DNA of 63,901 bases, the filler included, from Octopus bimaculoides (taxonomy: Eukaryota): the NCBI RefSeq assembly GCF_001194135.2. It is 7 parts of 7 records of this genome, joined end to end, with 100 filler letters (N's around TTAATTAATTAA, not from the genome) between each part and the next. Parts side by side here need not be neighbours in the genome. Positions count along the whole stretch, not along the records: positions 15,413 to 38,827 come from NC_068991.1; positions 38,928 to 45,136 come from NC_068982.1; positions 45,237 to 55,721 come from NC_068984.1; 4 more parts are not named here. One strand, given 5' to 3'. The notes under the pieces were generated by a model, which was given only the letters and a program-made list of their open reading frames with translations, was not told the origin of the DNA and made no database searches. Both the position numbers and the translations under genes were made by a program. Shown here piece by piece: positions 36,425-49,690 of the stretch. The first letter of the stretch is position 1, and each line of letters begins with the position of its first letter.

Positions 36425-36640
36425 GCTGGCAGAATTGTTAGCATACCAGATAAAATGTATTGCAGTATTTCTTATGGCTTTAATGTTCTGAGTTCAAATC
36501 CCACCAAGGTTGATTTTGCCTTTCATCTTTTTGGGGTTTATGAAATAAGTTTCAGCTGAGCACTGGGGTCAGCGTAATCAACTGGTATCCCTTCACAAAT
36601 ATATCAGACCTTATGCCTATAGTAAAAAGAGTTATAGTTG
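36425..36640 (+). mobile_element. SINE family A copy, CpG-decayed
   Basis: gagctggcagaattgttagc...gagttcaaatcccaccaaggttgattttgcctttcatc. Confidence 0.75.
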
Positions 36641-36884
36641 TTGTTTAACCCTTGCTCAATCTGGTTCAAAGAGACCTATGATCAACAGTATTGGGCCATG
36701 ATCCTCTAATAATTTTAGGTTATAGAGGACTGTCAAAAAGTCAATGGTGAGAACAGAAGGCAGACAAAATTTAGGTATTCCTCTTTTTTAGTCATTGTAC
36801 TAAGTTTCATTTTTCTTCTTTGTTATTGATTACATTCTCTTTTGAATGTCTTTGAAAAAAAAAATGTCCGAGACAATATGGGAT

Positions 36885-37213
36885 AAAGACCCCCTTTGGT
36901 CATGAATGACCGTGGGATTGCACTGAGAAAATTACACTCTGAGGCACAAGTCTGGGCAAGGTTATTTTATGGAAGATCAGCAGTTGCCCATGCATCCCAG
37001 CCTCCCCTCTCCACGCCACCTATGTTATCCAAGGGAAAGGCAAAGGTTGATACAGCTTGGCACCAGTGACATCGCAACTCATTTCTACAGCTGAGTGAAC
37101 TGGAGCAACATGAAATAAAGTGTCTTGCTCAAGAATACAACACACAGCCTGGTCTGGGAATTGAACTCACTACCTCATGATTGTGAGCCTGATGCTCTAA
37201 CCACTGAGCCATG
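36885..37213 (-). mobile_element. tRNA-headed SINE (family C-related head) with an RTE-like tail
   Basis: Plus strand ends ...gggaattgaactcactacctcatgattgtgagcctgatgctctaaccactgagccatg, the reverse complement of a tRNA-like A/B-box head. Confidence 0.75.
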
Positions 37214-38786
37214 TAACTATGAATCCAAACACACTATAGACTTTTGTATTGTATTCTAGCAAAAGTCTCTGCCTGGACTCCAGTTCTTATCCTCATCTGT
37301 ACTTCAACCACATCATTGTACAAGACTGAGTTCAAACAGTGAGGCAATCTCTATGTGGTTGGTCACTCTGCTTGCAAGAAATAGGAGCCAAATCTCTCTC
37401 AAATCACACCTTATGATCTTTAAAATAAAAGAAGTAGAATGCTTTGGATAATTTAGTTTAAGATATAATGTCTGAAAAGATAGTTGTCGATGGAACTTAA
37501 GAACATCAACAGTAACATACCTTTGTTTATTTAGATGATGGAACAGGGAACAGATAATTTAAGAATATTGTATGAAGAAGAGATGTAAATTTCATCCCTT
37601 TTATGATGTGAAACTTGAATTTAGCTCTTGACCTTATAATGCCTCATAAACATAGACATTCTTTGGTCTTTGCTAGAATCCTCACTACCTTGCCCTTATT
37701 GGTTGTCTAGCTCTGCAAAGAACTAAAATTCACATGACATTACTCTTAGGATCTCCTACAAGTTTCTTCCATAGAAGCAGACAGGTTGGATCATCAAAGC
37801 TTAGGATGAAAATATAGAAAATTATCCAGACAATAATAACTTAAACACCATATCATAATCATCGTTGTCATTGTTGTCATTGTCATTGGATCCCATTATC
37901 TTCATCGTCGGTGTTGTCATTTTAGCATTTACTTTTCCATGCTTCCATAGATTAAAAAAAAGTATGTTGAGACAGAGTTTTCTATCACTGAATGCCTTTC
38001 CTGTTGCTAGCCTCCACTCATTTCAAAATCTCTTGGTATGTCAAACAACAAATAGCCCAGACATGCTTTTGTGGTGGATTGCAAGAAAATGACACAGCTA
38101 GTGCTGCTATTGTTAACAACCAGTAAATGAAACATGAAGATGAGACACACATACACTTGCAGATACATATATATGCATTAATGTGTGTGTGTGTGTGCGC
38201 GCGTTAGGAGTAGGGGAAGAAGAGGGAGGTGAGAGATAATGTTTCTGGTCTGTAGGGGAACAATTAATTGACACCACTCCTACAACTTCTTTCTCTTTGA
38301 CTCTATATAAATGTATTTACAGGGTGCAACAATATATTTACTTATTTATTCTACAGTAAACCTGTAAATGACCTCAGCCTAAATTTACAAAGACATTCCA
38401 CTAGCTAGCTTCAATAATACCAAATTTCCCCCTACTCATCCTCCTCTCCATTTCCTTTTCATATTCTTATTCTTTTCCTTAACAAGTTTAGACATTTACC
38501 CACTCCTATTTATTACTTCTTCACTTACATGCTTCCCTTTTCTTTTCAATTTCTATGCTTTCTATGCTTTCCATGCATCTTTGATCGCACCTTTTGTAAG
38601 TCAACATGGGATCCCTTGATGACAGGGTAAACTTCTTTTGATTAAAGTATTTTTGGCCCAATGAGTAGCTAGTGGATCACTTCTCATTTGAATAATTACT
38701 AATTCTGAGGTTCTGCTAGTTATGAAACATATGTAGCCTAGATTTTATCTACTCCATTCACCAATTTGGGATTTCTATTTACATAC

Positions 38787-38827
<41 letters not shown>

Positions 38828-39007
38828 NNNNNNNNNNNNNNNNNNNNNNNNNNNNNNNNNNNNNNNNNNNNTTAATTAATTAANNNNNNNNNNNNNNNNN
38901 NNNNNNNNNNNNNNNNNNNNNNNNNNNATACTGAAAATAGGCATATAGTTTATGTGAGCCCACATGTGTGCATGTGTGTGTGTGTGTGTGCTTGTGTGTG
39001 TGTGTGC

Positions 39008-39045
<38 letters not shown>

Positions 39046-39199
39046 GCGTGCGTGCGTGTGTGCGTGCATGTTTATAAATTTGTCTAATATTTTTCTTTCT
39101 GAACTGTCATGCCGATGGCAAAGTCAACACTGGAAATAATTGTTGCAATTTTGAAAATCACTTTTATGATGCAATTAGGTTTGTTCTTACCAACAACAA

Positions 39200-39875
39200 T
39201 ATCTACAGCGTCACCACTACCACCACCACCACCACCACCAGCACAACCACCATCACCTCAACTACCATCAACACCAGCACAACCACCATCACTACCACCA
39301 CCAACATCACTGCCACAACCACCAGCACCAACACCACCACCAACAACAACACCACCACCACCAGCACTATCACCACCGCCACCATCAATCATTACCACAC
39401 ACCACTACACCCCACCACTATCACCACTTCCACGACCACGATCACTTCCACGACCACCACCCTCACCACCACCATCACCATTCACCATCATCGCCACCAC
39501 CACCAACGCCACTGCCACTACCACCAACACTATCACCATACACCACTACTATGACCACCAACACAACGACGACAACCACGACCACGACCGAAACGGTGAT
39601 TGTCACTCGCCGTAACACCATCAACGCCAACACCATTATCTCTTATGTCAAAAACAGTACCAGCACAATAATCCCCACCAGCATTATTAAACTTCTCCTC
39701 CCCCTCTACCTCCACTTCGTCATCATCATTGGCATCATCATTACCACCACCATCATTATCATCATTATCATCATTATCATCATCGTCGTCGTCGTCAACA
39801 TAATCATCACCACCATCGTCACCATCATCATCATCATGGTCGTCATTGTCACTACCCTACCACCACAACCACCAC
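39200..39875. repeat. Degenerate (CAC)n/(CAT)n trinucleotide low-complexity tract
   Basis: Direct reading; it accounts for the Pro/Thr/His/Ile-rich ORFs. Confidence 0.9.
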
Positions 39876-40611
39876 NNNNNNNNNNNNNNNNNNNNNNNNN
39901 NNNNNNNNNNNNNNNNNNNNNNNNNNNNNNNNNNNNNNNNNNNNNNNNNNNNNNNNNNNNNNNNNNNNNNNNNNNNNNNNNNNNNNNNNNNNNNNNNNNN
40001 NNNNNNNNNNNNNNNNNNNNNNNNNNNNNNNNNNNNNNNNNNNNNNNNNNNNNNNNNNNNNNNNNNNNNNNNNNNNNNNNNNNNNNNNNNNNNNNNNNNN
40101 NNNNNNNNNNNNNNNNNNNNNNNNNNNNNNNNNNNNNNNNNNNNNNNNNNNNNNNNNNNNNNNNNNNNNNNNNNNNNNNNNNNNNNNNNNNNNNNNNNNN
40201 NNNNNNNNNNNNNNNNNNNNNNNNNNNNNNNNNNNNNNNNNNNNNNNNNNNNNNNNNNNNNNNNNNNNNNNNNNNNNNNNNNNNNNNNNNNNNNNNNNNN
40301 NNNNNNNNNNNNNNNNNNNNNNNNNNNNNNNNNNNNNNNNNNNNNNNNNNNNNNNNNNNNNNNNNNNNNNNNNNNNNNNNNNNNNNNNNNNNNNNNNNNN
40401 NNNNNNNNNNNNNNNNNNNNNNNNNNNNNNNNNNNNNNNNNNNNNNNNNNNNNNNNNNNNNNNATATGTATAATACGAATGATATATATATATATGAGGC
40501 AGTTATATATATGTATGTATGTGTGTATGTATGTATGTATGTATGTATATATATATATGTATATATATGTATATATATACATACATATATACATCATTTA
40601 ACAGTCAGACA

Positions 40612-40648
<37 letters not shown>

Positions 40649-40885
40649 ATATACACACATACAAAGACACACTCACACTAATACAAAGCGCAAAAATATG
40701 ATAGATATTTCCTTCTTTCGAAAAGGAAAAATTTGTTTGTTGCGTTTGACAAAATTTGTGGGTAAAAAAACAAAAAACACTGAAAATAAACAAAAGGACG
40801 ATTACTTTCCCACATATAACTGCTTTAGTTTTCAATCATGTGACAAGGGACTCTGATCTACAGTCCCCAGTTATCTTTCTTTTTA

Positions 40886-40912
40886 CCATTATTATTATCA
40901 TTATTATTATTA

Positions 40913-40971
<59 letters not shown>

Positions 40972-41055
40972 GATGTTGTTGTTGTTGCTCTTGTTATTGT
41001 TGTTTTGTTATTATCATTGTTATTATTATTATTGTTGTTGTTGTTGCTGTTATTT
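40886..41055. repeat. (ATT)n/(GTT)n microsatellite
   Basis: Direct reading. Confidence 0.95.
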
Positions 41056-41339
41056 TTGCCCCGTAAGAACATTTAAAAAAAAAATTTAATACATTACACT
41101 TTTCTTCTTTTGTCCCTAGCAACCTCCATTATTTAGCATCACCTTCAATTATTATTTAGACAACACTCGTTTGTTTTTGTTGTGCCAATTTGGTATGAAG
41201 TTGAAATTCTCAAAGTTTGTGTCATCTCAAATATCTATCTGAAGTGGGTGTCAAAACTAACGCAAATGAAGCATTTAAAACGCAACCGTTCACACAGACG
41301 CGAACATCGACACAAGCAGACACACAATCAGCCCCCCCC

Positions 41340-41372
<33 letters not shown>

Positions 41373-41969
41373 NNNNNNNNNNNNNNNNNNNNNNNNNNNN
41401 NNNNNNNNNNNNNNNNNNNNNNNNNNNNNNNNNNNNNNNNNNNNNNNNNNNNNNNNNNNNNNNNNNNNNNNNNNNNNNNNNNNNNNNNNNNNNNNNNNNN
41501 NNNNNNNNNNNNNNNNNNNNNNNNNNNNNNNNNNNNNNNNNNNNNNNNNNNNNNNNNNNNNNNNNNNNNNNNNNNNNNNNNNNNNNNNNNNNNNNNNNNN
41601 NNNNNNNNNNNNNNNNNNNNNNNNNNNNNNNNNNNNNNNNNNNNNNNNNNNNNNNNNNNNNNNNNNNNNNNNNNNNNNNNNNNNNNNNNNNNNNNNNNNN
41701 NNNNNNNNNNNNNNNNNNNNNNNNNNNNNNNNNNNNNNNNNNNNNNNNNNNNNNNNNNNNNNNNNNNNNNNNNNNNNNNNNNNNNNNNNNNNNNNNNNNN
41801 NNNNNNNNNNNNNNNNNNNNNNNNNNNNNNNNNNNNNNNNNNNNNNNNNNNNNNNNNNNNNNNNNNNNNNNNNNNNNNNNNNNNNNNNNNNNNNNNNNNN
41901 NNNNNNNNNNNNNNNNNNNNNNNNNNNNNNNNNNNNNNNNNNNNNNNNNNNNNNNNNNNNNNNNNNNNN

Positions 41970-42020
<51 letters not shown>

Positions 42021-42777
42021 ATACTTATGAAAATTAAGATTTATCTTTGAAAAGCAGTTTAGAAATATTGTTAGTGCTTTGAGAAATTGCTATTGTTTTC
42101 GTTCGTTGATTTAGTCGGAATGATTTGAGGTTTAAACGATTGGCATAAATATATTTGCTGAACAATGATTCAGTAATTCCGTATTACATTGTTTGGACTC
42201 TTTTTTACCAATATGAATTACACATACGCGCACACGCGCATATACACACACAAGCACATATTTATGTACGTATTCATATATATATATGCGTACGTATGTA
42301 TGCGTATATGTATACACACACACATATATATGCGTGATCAGATGTGTATATATGTGTGCGCGTGTGTATATGTGTGTGTGTTTGAGTGCATTTATATATG
42401 TGTCTGCGTACGTGAGTGGGTGTGTGCGCGAACGTGTGTGCATGTGTGTGTTTATGGGGGATACCATTTCTTTTAAACAAATATCGGTAACAAAACTGAG
42501 TTTTAGCTTATCTTCTTTTATCGGTGTCTTTTCATATTTTCAGCTGAGTTCTATGCAATTTAACTGGCATACTAAAATTCCTCAATCCAGTCTCAGTCTG
42601 CATAGTCTCATCTTCAGGATGAAGTGATATTGGCGTAAATTGATGCCTTCTGAACGTAGGAAAAGCCATTATGATTAGTATAGACAGTTTTATTGGAATT
42701 TGAATTTTTGACCATTAATTTTATTCCTTTATGGTATCTAAATGTTTATTGTAGCATTGTGCTGCATTCTATATATT

Positions 42778-42965
42778 CTTTTCTACTCTAGGCTCAAGGC
42801 CCGAAGTTTTGGGGGAGGGAGTCAGTCGATTAGATTGACCCCAGTACTTACTTTATCGACCCCGAAAGGTGAAAGGCAAAGTCGACCTCGGTAGAATTTG
42901 AACTCAGAACGTAAAGACAACCGTTAAACGTTTCGCAAGGCATGCTAACGCTTCTGCCAGATCGT
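42778..42965 (-). mobile_element. SINE family A copy
   Basis: ttttctactctaggctcaaggcccgaag...tcgaccccgaaaggtgaaaggcaaagtcgacctcgg...tctgccag. Confidence 0.85.
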
Positions 42966-45101
42966 CATAAATTGCTTTCATCATTAACCGTTTCTTATTG
43001 TGTGAAATTCTTTAGAATACGAACATGTTGTCCACTAATGTTTTATTATCTCGTTTTGGTTTTCGTTGCTGGATGAATTGTTGTACTGTAATTAGTCCTT
43101 GCTGTACGGGCATCGTGAACCAGCGAAAGAGTCACGTACCTGTATAATCAATAAAACAGTTGAAGTCATGAATTTTATAAATTTTCCATTTACAATCAAA
43201 TCTGTAAATTACTGTTGTAATTAGTAGCTTATTCACGTGTTTGTTTTTCATTAGTATTTTTTAAAAATATTTGTGGTATAGTGTCCTCTTTTTTACATTT
43301 AATATTTTTTGTGGTACTGTATTAATGTCTGAGAACTCTACTCGCAAATCGTCCCAGAAGTAGTGTGTGGAGAAGAAGGGTGGATGGATGGTATTAATAT
43401 CAATTTATGGCTTGGTGTGACATACTTTGAGTTCTGTTTTAAGAAGTTTTTTGATAATGCACGTATCTATTGTATAGTTAGTGTGCATTTGATTCACGGA
43501 ATACACCTGATGTGTGGTTTATATATTTTAAAGAGATATTTCTTATTTCTTCTTGTGTTCTTCTATGGCATGCTCTTTTACAGTTGTTGATTAGCGTTTG
43601 TTTATTTTGTATATTTCTTCATCTACATATATCTTTATATGCAAGTGTGTATCTTACACGATTTGCCTCATAGTTTTTTTTTCTCTTTTTACTTTATGAG
43701 AGTGTAAATAAATTGGTAAAGCTTCTAAACAAAAATAAATATGGATGAAAATAAAAGCAAGAAAATTATATTTTTTCACAGAAGAAAACAGGATTATACA
43801 TATACATACATACATACATACATACATACATACATACNNNNNNNNNNNNNNNNNNNNNNNNNNNNNNNNNNNNNNNNNNNNNNNNNNNNNNNNNNNNNNN
43901 NNNNNNNNNNNNNNNNNNNNNNNNNNNNNNNNNNNNNNNNNNNNNNNNNNNNNNNNNNNNNNNNNNNNNNNNNNNNNNNNNNNNNNNNNNNNNNNNNNNN
44001 NNNNNNNNNNNNNNNNNNNNNNNNNNNNNNNNNNNNNNNNNNNNNNNNNNNNNNNNNNNNNNNNNNNNNNNNNNNNNNNNNNNNNNNNNNNNNNNNNNNN
44101 NNNNNNNNNNNNNNNNNNNNNNNNNNNNNNNNNNNNNNNNNNNNNNNNNNNNNNNNNNNNNNNNNNNNNNNNNNNNNNNNNNNNNNNNNNNNNNNNNNNN
44201 NNNNNNNNNNNNNNNNNNNNNNNNNNNNNNNNNNNNNNNNNNNNNNNNNNNNNNNNNNNNNNNNNNNNNNNNNNNNNNNNNNNNNNNNNNNNNNNNNNNN
44301 NNNNNNNNNNNNNNNNNNNNNNNNNNNNNNNNNNNNNNNNNNNNNNNNNNNNNNNNNNNNNNNNNNNNNNNNNNNNNNNNNNNNNNNNNAGAGAGAGAGA
44401 GAGAGAGAGAGAGAGAAAACGAGAGCGAGAGCGTAATCGTTCTTTAAAATATTTCCTGGTTTAAAGAAAAAAATCCGTTTAAGCGTTTCTTTTTTTTTTA
44501 AGAAGAAAGCAATTACTTTCAGAAAATATTTTGTAATGTACGTAAATGAACGAGGGTCAAAAATAACGAGTTGTCACATTTCTTTTATGTAACTGTTTAC
44601 GTGTTCCACGGTAATTTGATGTATTTGTATATTTTTACCATGAGATATTTATTCTGATTTCTTTTTCAACTGAGGTGTTTATTGTGTATTTTCAAGACAT
44701 TTTGTCAGTGAGATAAGGAATTTAAAACGAAATGTAGTAATTTAGGAGGTTGTATAAAACCTGGAAAAAACACATCACCATCATCACTATCATCGTTAGG
44801 ACCACCCATCAGCCCCTCCCATTGTACTGCCGACACCATCGGCCCCACCACAGACTCACATTTCGACCGAGAAAAGGTTGTTTGTTCCATGCTCAAACCT
44901 TTTTACGGAGCAATGCATACATGTATATACGTACATACACACACACATATCTATATATGTATACATACATACATACATACATACATACATACATACATAC
45001 ATACATGCTTATATATATATGTGTGTGTGTGTGTGTTATATATGTGTGTTTATATATATAGATATAGATAGATATATACATATACATATATATGTATATG
45101 T

Positions 45102-45136
<35 letters not shown>

Positions 45137-45446
45137 NNNNNNNNNNNNNNNNNNNNNNNNNNNNNNNNNNNNNNNNNNNNTTAATTAATTAANNNNNNNN
45201 NNNNNNNNNNNNNNNNNNNNNNNNNNNNNNNNNNNNAGAGAGAGAGGGGGGAGAGAGGGAGAGAGAAAGAGAGAAACAGACAAGGACAGAGAAGAGGTAG
45301 AGACAGAGATAGAGACTGGAGAGCAGGTGAATTTTACTTTCTTAATGTCAAAAATTTCGTCTTTAGAATGAACACTTCCGTTGTAGGTTACATGGATCTC
45401 TTTCTCTCTCTCTCTCTCACCCCCTCTCTCTCACTCTCCCTCCCTC

Positions 45447-45535
<89 letters not shown>

Positions 45536-45904
45536 TGAGAGAAAGACACAGAGAGTGATAAACGTTCACATAAATGCGTATTCATATGTGTGTGTATGTG
45601 TGTGTGTGTAGATAAGCACACACACATGTATATGTCATATCCATATATATATATAATCATGTGTGTGTGTATTCGTGTGTGTGTGTGTGTGTGTGTGTAA
45701 GCGTGCAGTGGTACAGTTGTAGAACACCTGTCATGTCTACAGGAGATGCTGGTTCGTGTACAACGAACAGCCTTCGACATTTTTTCTATGCAAAAGGATC
45801 TTTCAACCCCATATTTGCATGCTGTTATTTATAGCTTTAAATATATTCGAGGATTCAGTTCCGATAATAGTCGTTTTGCGTTCTCTTGAACTATATATAT
45901 TCAG

Positions 45905-46110
45905 TCTTCTATTCTTTTACTTGTTTCGGTCATTTGACTGCGGCCATGCTGGAGCACCTCCTTTAGTGGAGCAATTCGACCCCAGGACTTATTCTTTGTA
46001 AGCCTAGCACTTATTCAATCGGTCCCTTTTACCTAACTGCTAAGTTACGGGACGTAAACAAACCGACATCAGTTGTCAAGTAATGTTAGGGTAACAAGCA
46101 CAGACACACA
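45905..46110 (-). mobile_element. SINE family B tail, running into (TA)n and a gap
   Basis: ttcttttacttgtttcggtcatttgactgcggccatgctggagcacc...gggacgtaaacaaaccgacatcagttgtcaag. Confidence 0.85.
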
Positions 46111-46132
46111 AACACACACACACATATATATG

Positions 46133-46167
<35 letters not shown>

Positions 46168-46983
46168 NNNNNNNNNNNNNNNNNNNNNNNNNNNNNNNNN
46201 NNNNNNNNNNNNNNNNNNNNNNNNNNNNNNNNNNNNNNNNNNNNNNNNNNNNNNNNNNNNNNNNNNNNNNNNNNNNNNNNNNNNNNNNNNNNNNNNNNNN
46301 NNNNNNNNNNNNNNNNNNNNNNNNNNNNNNNNNNNNNNNNNNNNNNNNNNNNNNNNNNNNNNNNNNNNNNNNNNNNNNNNNNNNNNNNNNNNNNNNNNNN
46401 NNNNNNNNNNNNNNNNNNNNNNNNNNNNNNNNNNNNNNNNNNNNNNNNNNNNNNNNNNNNNNNNNNNNNNNNNNNNNNNNNNNNNNNNNNNNNNNNNNNN
46501 NNNNNNNNNNNNNNNNNNNNNNNNNNNNNNNNNNNNNNNNNNNNNNNNNNNNNNNNNNNNNNNNNNNNNNNNNNNNNNNNNNNNNNNNNNNNNNNNNNNN
46601 NNNNNNNNNNNNNNNNNNNNNNNNNNNNNNNNNNNNNNNNNNNNNNNNNNNNNNNNNNNNNNNNNNNNNNNNNNNNNNNNNNNNNNNNNNNNNNNNNNNN
46701 NNNNNNNNNNNNNNNNNNNNNNNNNNNNNNNNNNNNNNNNNNNNNNNNNNNNNNNNNNNNNNNNNNNNNNNNNNNNNNNNNNNNNNNNNNNNNNNNNNNN
46801 NNNNNNNNNNNNNNNNNNNNNNNNNNNNNNNNNNNNNNNNNNNNNNNNNNNNNNNNNNNNNNNNNNNNNNNNNNNNNNNNNNNNNNNNNNNNNNNNNNNN
46901 NNNNNNNNNNNNNNNNNNNNNNNNNNNNNNNNNNNNNNNNNNNNNNNNNNNNNNNNNNNNNNNNNNNNNNNNNNNNNNNNNNN

Positions 46984-47035
<52 letters not shown>

Positions 47036-47139
47036 TGTGTCTGTGTCTGTGTCTGTGTCTGTGTGTGTAAAAGAGAACACAAATGGGGTTCAAAATTTAC
47101 GACAGATGTTTCGGTAGAATTTTCTTGATGTATTCATAA

Positions 47140-47700
47140 ATTATATCATAACATATAATCCACGAGATAACATTCGCATCGATATTAATATAAATGAAGA
47201 TTATGTAGCTATTGATAATAAATCTAACTGTTTTAAGTCCCAACATCGCACTGATAGCGCTATTCCTAATAATAATAACTACACAGTCTCTTACGTAACC
47301 CTGGATAATTCTAGTAACTCTATCTGATTTTGTAATAGTTATCACTCCATGCGGTCCTTCAATAGCACTGGAAGTACTGATGTCCATAAATCTCCTAGAT
47401 TATGTAATTGTAGAAACAAACTTGTATGCCCTCTAAATGATTTATATTTCACTAAGATGTGATGTAATTACTAATTTAAGTACTTTTACCTACATCGGTT
47501 CCACTTTTTGCAAATTTAAGTAGAGATTAGTTAATCATTCTTATACTTTCAATAATCGGAATAATTACCTCACTCGCGGAAAATATTTGGCAAGACAAAT
47601 TATTAGATTCCAAATTACTTGAAGCATAATAAAATATGTATTACCCTATTCAAATGATAACAATGGAAGCGGTTAAAAATATTCGTTTACTCTATGGAAA
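47140..47700 (+). mobile_element. Second Penelope-like element relic, GIY-YIG endonuclease region
   Basis: SPRLCNCRNKLVCPLND followed across a frameshift by CDVITNLSTFTYIGST...RLVNHSYTFNN; this is the CNC-x(5)-CPL plus YIG-x-T...R-x-x-x-H signature. Confidence 0.7.
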
Positions 47701-48019
47701 TGAAGGCTTAAGCGTCTGGGATCCAACGGTGTTTCAGCCAGCTTTACTTGGGAAACGTCTATCTCGCAGATTTCTTTCCACTTAAACGACGAATTTCTGT
47801 AAATATTGAGCATCTGAAAACCGTAGGCGAGGAAAAATCAAAGCAAACTGCATAAAACTAGCAAAATAGACACACTTCGATGATAAAACACCTTCATGAA
47901 CTCGGAAAATGTCTAAACTTGGTCAGTAGGTCCCTCATCCTTTGACTACTTCTCAGCTCAATGAAGGAGTTGCCCTCTGTGCGTCAAAGCTACCGAACTT
48001 TACTTTTGGCGCAGAATCA

Positions 48020-48585
48020 ACACTAGTGAGGGAGAATGGTTTCTCTATAATCGTATCCAACAAAACAACAATGATTAGCACCCAATAAAAAAGGAGGATC
48101 TTTCTCCAAACCAGGAGTACACTCGAAAAAGGTTATGCTCTGTGTTTGGTGAGATATGAAAAGTGTCGTCTTTCATGAACTGTGAAACCAAAATGAAACA
48201 GTTAATGCGGCTAAGTATCGTCGTAAATTGGAAGCATTGCACAAATATTTGTAAAAGCAGCGTCCATCAGTATCATAAAGGATTGTTGCACTAACACAAT
48301 AATGCATGACTAAATATTGCCCAAGTCACCCAGAAAAAGATTCTGACACTAAATATGGAAGTTTTTGCCTCATCTTCCTTGCTCTCTTGATGTTGTTCTA
48401 TCTATCATCTATTCAGATCAATTCATCATTATTTAGATGAGAAACAGTTTAATGATTATAGGGAGGTCAAAAGTGTTTCTTTGCTTCGAAACTTGAAGAA
48501 ATTAAAAGCCCGAGTGAGCAACAATTTGCCGTATAGATGGGATTATGTAATCAATAATGAGGGGAAATATTATCTCGATGAAGCT
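48020..48585 (+). mobile_element. Mariner transposase relic (catalytic domain), many stops
   Basis: KPGVHSKKVMLCVW*DMKSVVFHEL...NETVNAAKY...YHLFRSIHHYLDEKQF...NLPYRWDYVINNEGKY. Confidence 0.85.
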
Positions 48586-48699
48586 TATTAACTTAAGATC
48601 AAAGAAGCATTTGTCTTTTCACATCTTGAAATGTGTCAGAAGGGACAATGTCAGCTCTTTACTGCTCGAGACGAGGTTATCATCTTCACCACCAGAACT

Positions 48700-48882
48700 A
48701 TCACCATCAGTATTATCATCAGTATTATCATCAGCAGTAGCAGCAGCAGTAGCAGCAGCAGTAGCGGTACCATCAATACCACAACCACCAGCCTCTTCCT
48801 AATCCTCCTCCTCCTCCTCCTCCTCCTTATCATCATCCTCGTCATCATCATCATCATCATCATCGTCATCATCATCATCATC

Positions 48883-48914
<32 letters not shown>

Positions 48915-48960
48915 CATCACCACCATCATCACAATCATCTTCATCCTCATCAATAGTAGA
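48700..48960. repeat. Compound (CAG)/(CTC)/(CAT)n trinucleotide tract
   Basis: Direct reading. Confidence 0.9.
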
Positions 48961-48989
48961 AGTAATAGTAATTGTTATAGCAGTTGTTG

Positions 48990-49184
48990 TACAGTTCTAT
49001 ATTTAAGAAATGAGGAATTATGTACATTATTTACATTATTTACATTTGACGGATATTTGTCCTCATCTTGTTTGTTGTTAACTCAACGTTTCGGCTGATA
49101 TACTCTCCAGTCTTCATCAGGTGTCTTGGGGAAATTTCGAACCTCGGTTTTCACTCCTAAAGGTATTTTTAAATGTTGTTGTTG

Positions 49185-49245
<61 letters not shown>

Positions 49246-49313
49246 GGTCACTGCTTGGAATAGAACTCTGAATCTTGGGGTTAGTAGCCCGCGTTCTTAA
49301 CCAAGCAGTAACC

Positions 49314-49379
<66 letters not shown>

Positions 49380-49520
49380 TCGAAAAGTACCTTAGGAATG
49401 AGAACCTAGGTTCGAAATTTCCCCAAGATGAAGGCTGGAGGGTATATCAGACGAAACGTTGTGCTAACAACAAGCAAGATGAGGACAAATATCCGTCAAA
49501 TGTAAATAATGTAAATAAAG
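48990..49520. mobile_element. Head-to-head inverted pair of PLE pseudo-LTRs (hammerhead-like cores at 49080-49125 minus and 49424-49465 plus) around a tRNA-like cassette
   Basis: Same family as the 34 kb locus; arms about 49028-49258 and 49301-49518 are reverse complements, including (TTA)n/(TAA)n and tggtcactgcttgg/ccaagcagtaacca. Confidence 0.8.
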
Positions 49521-49644
49521 TAGTTGTTATGATGGTCTGTTTATATTTGTTCTTTGATTCCAGATGAACCTTGACAAGCCTGGGCTACAATTAAAATCAT
49601 TCAACACATGACTATACACAGTTTTATATACATGTATGTGTGTA

Positions 49645-49690
<46 letters not shown>

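Noticed and set aside
37535-37584. Possible 50-nt CFAP92-like exon (MMEQGTDNLRILYEEE)
   Set aside because: Phase 0 start is incompatible with exon D, the donor is weak, and no similarity was recognised.
39109-39615. 168-aa Pro/Thr-rich ORF with a hydrophobic start, resembling a mucin or extensin
   Set aside because: It is the translation of a degenerate CAC/CAT tract; there is no splice or homology support, and overlapping frames give equally low-complexity products.
42544-42655. Strong acceptor with a possible neuroglian 5' exon
   Set aside because: All frames close early and no signal peptide or Ig motif follows; unsupported without transcripts.
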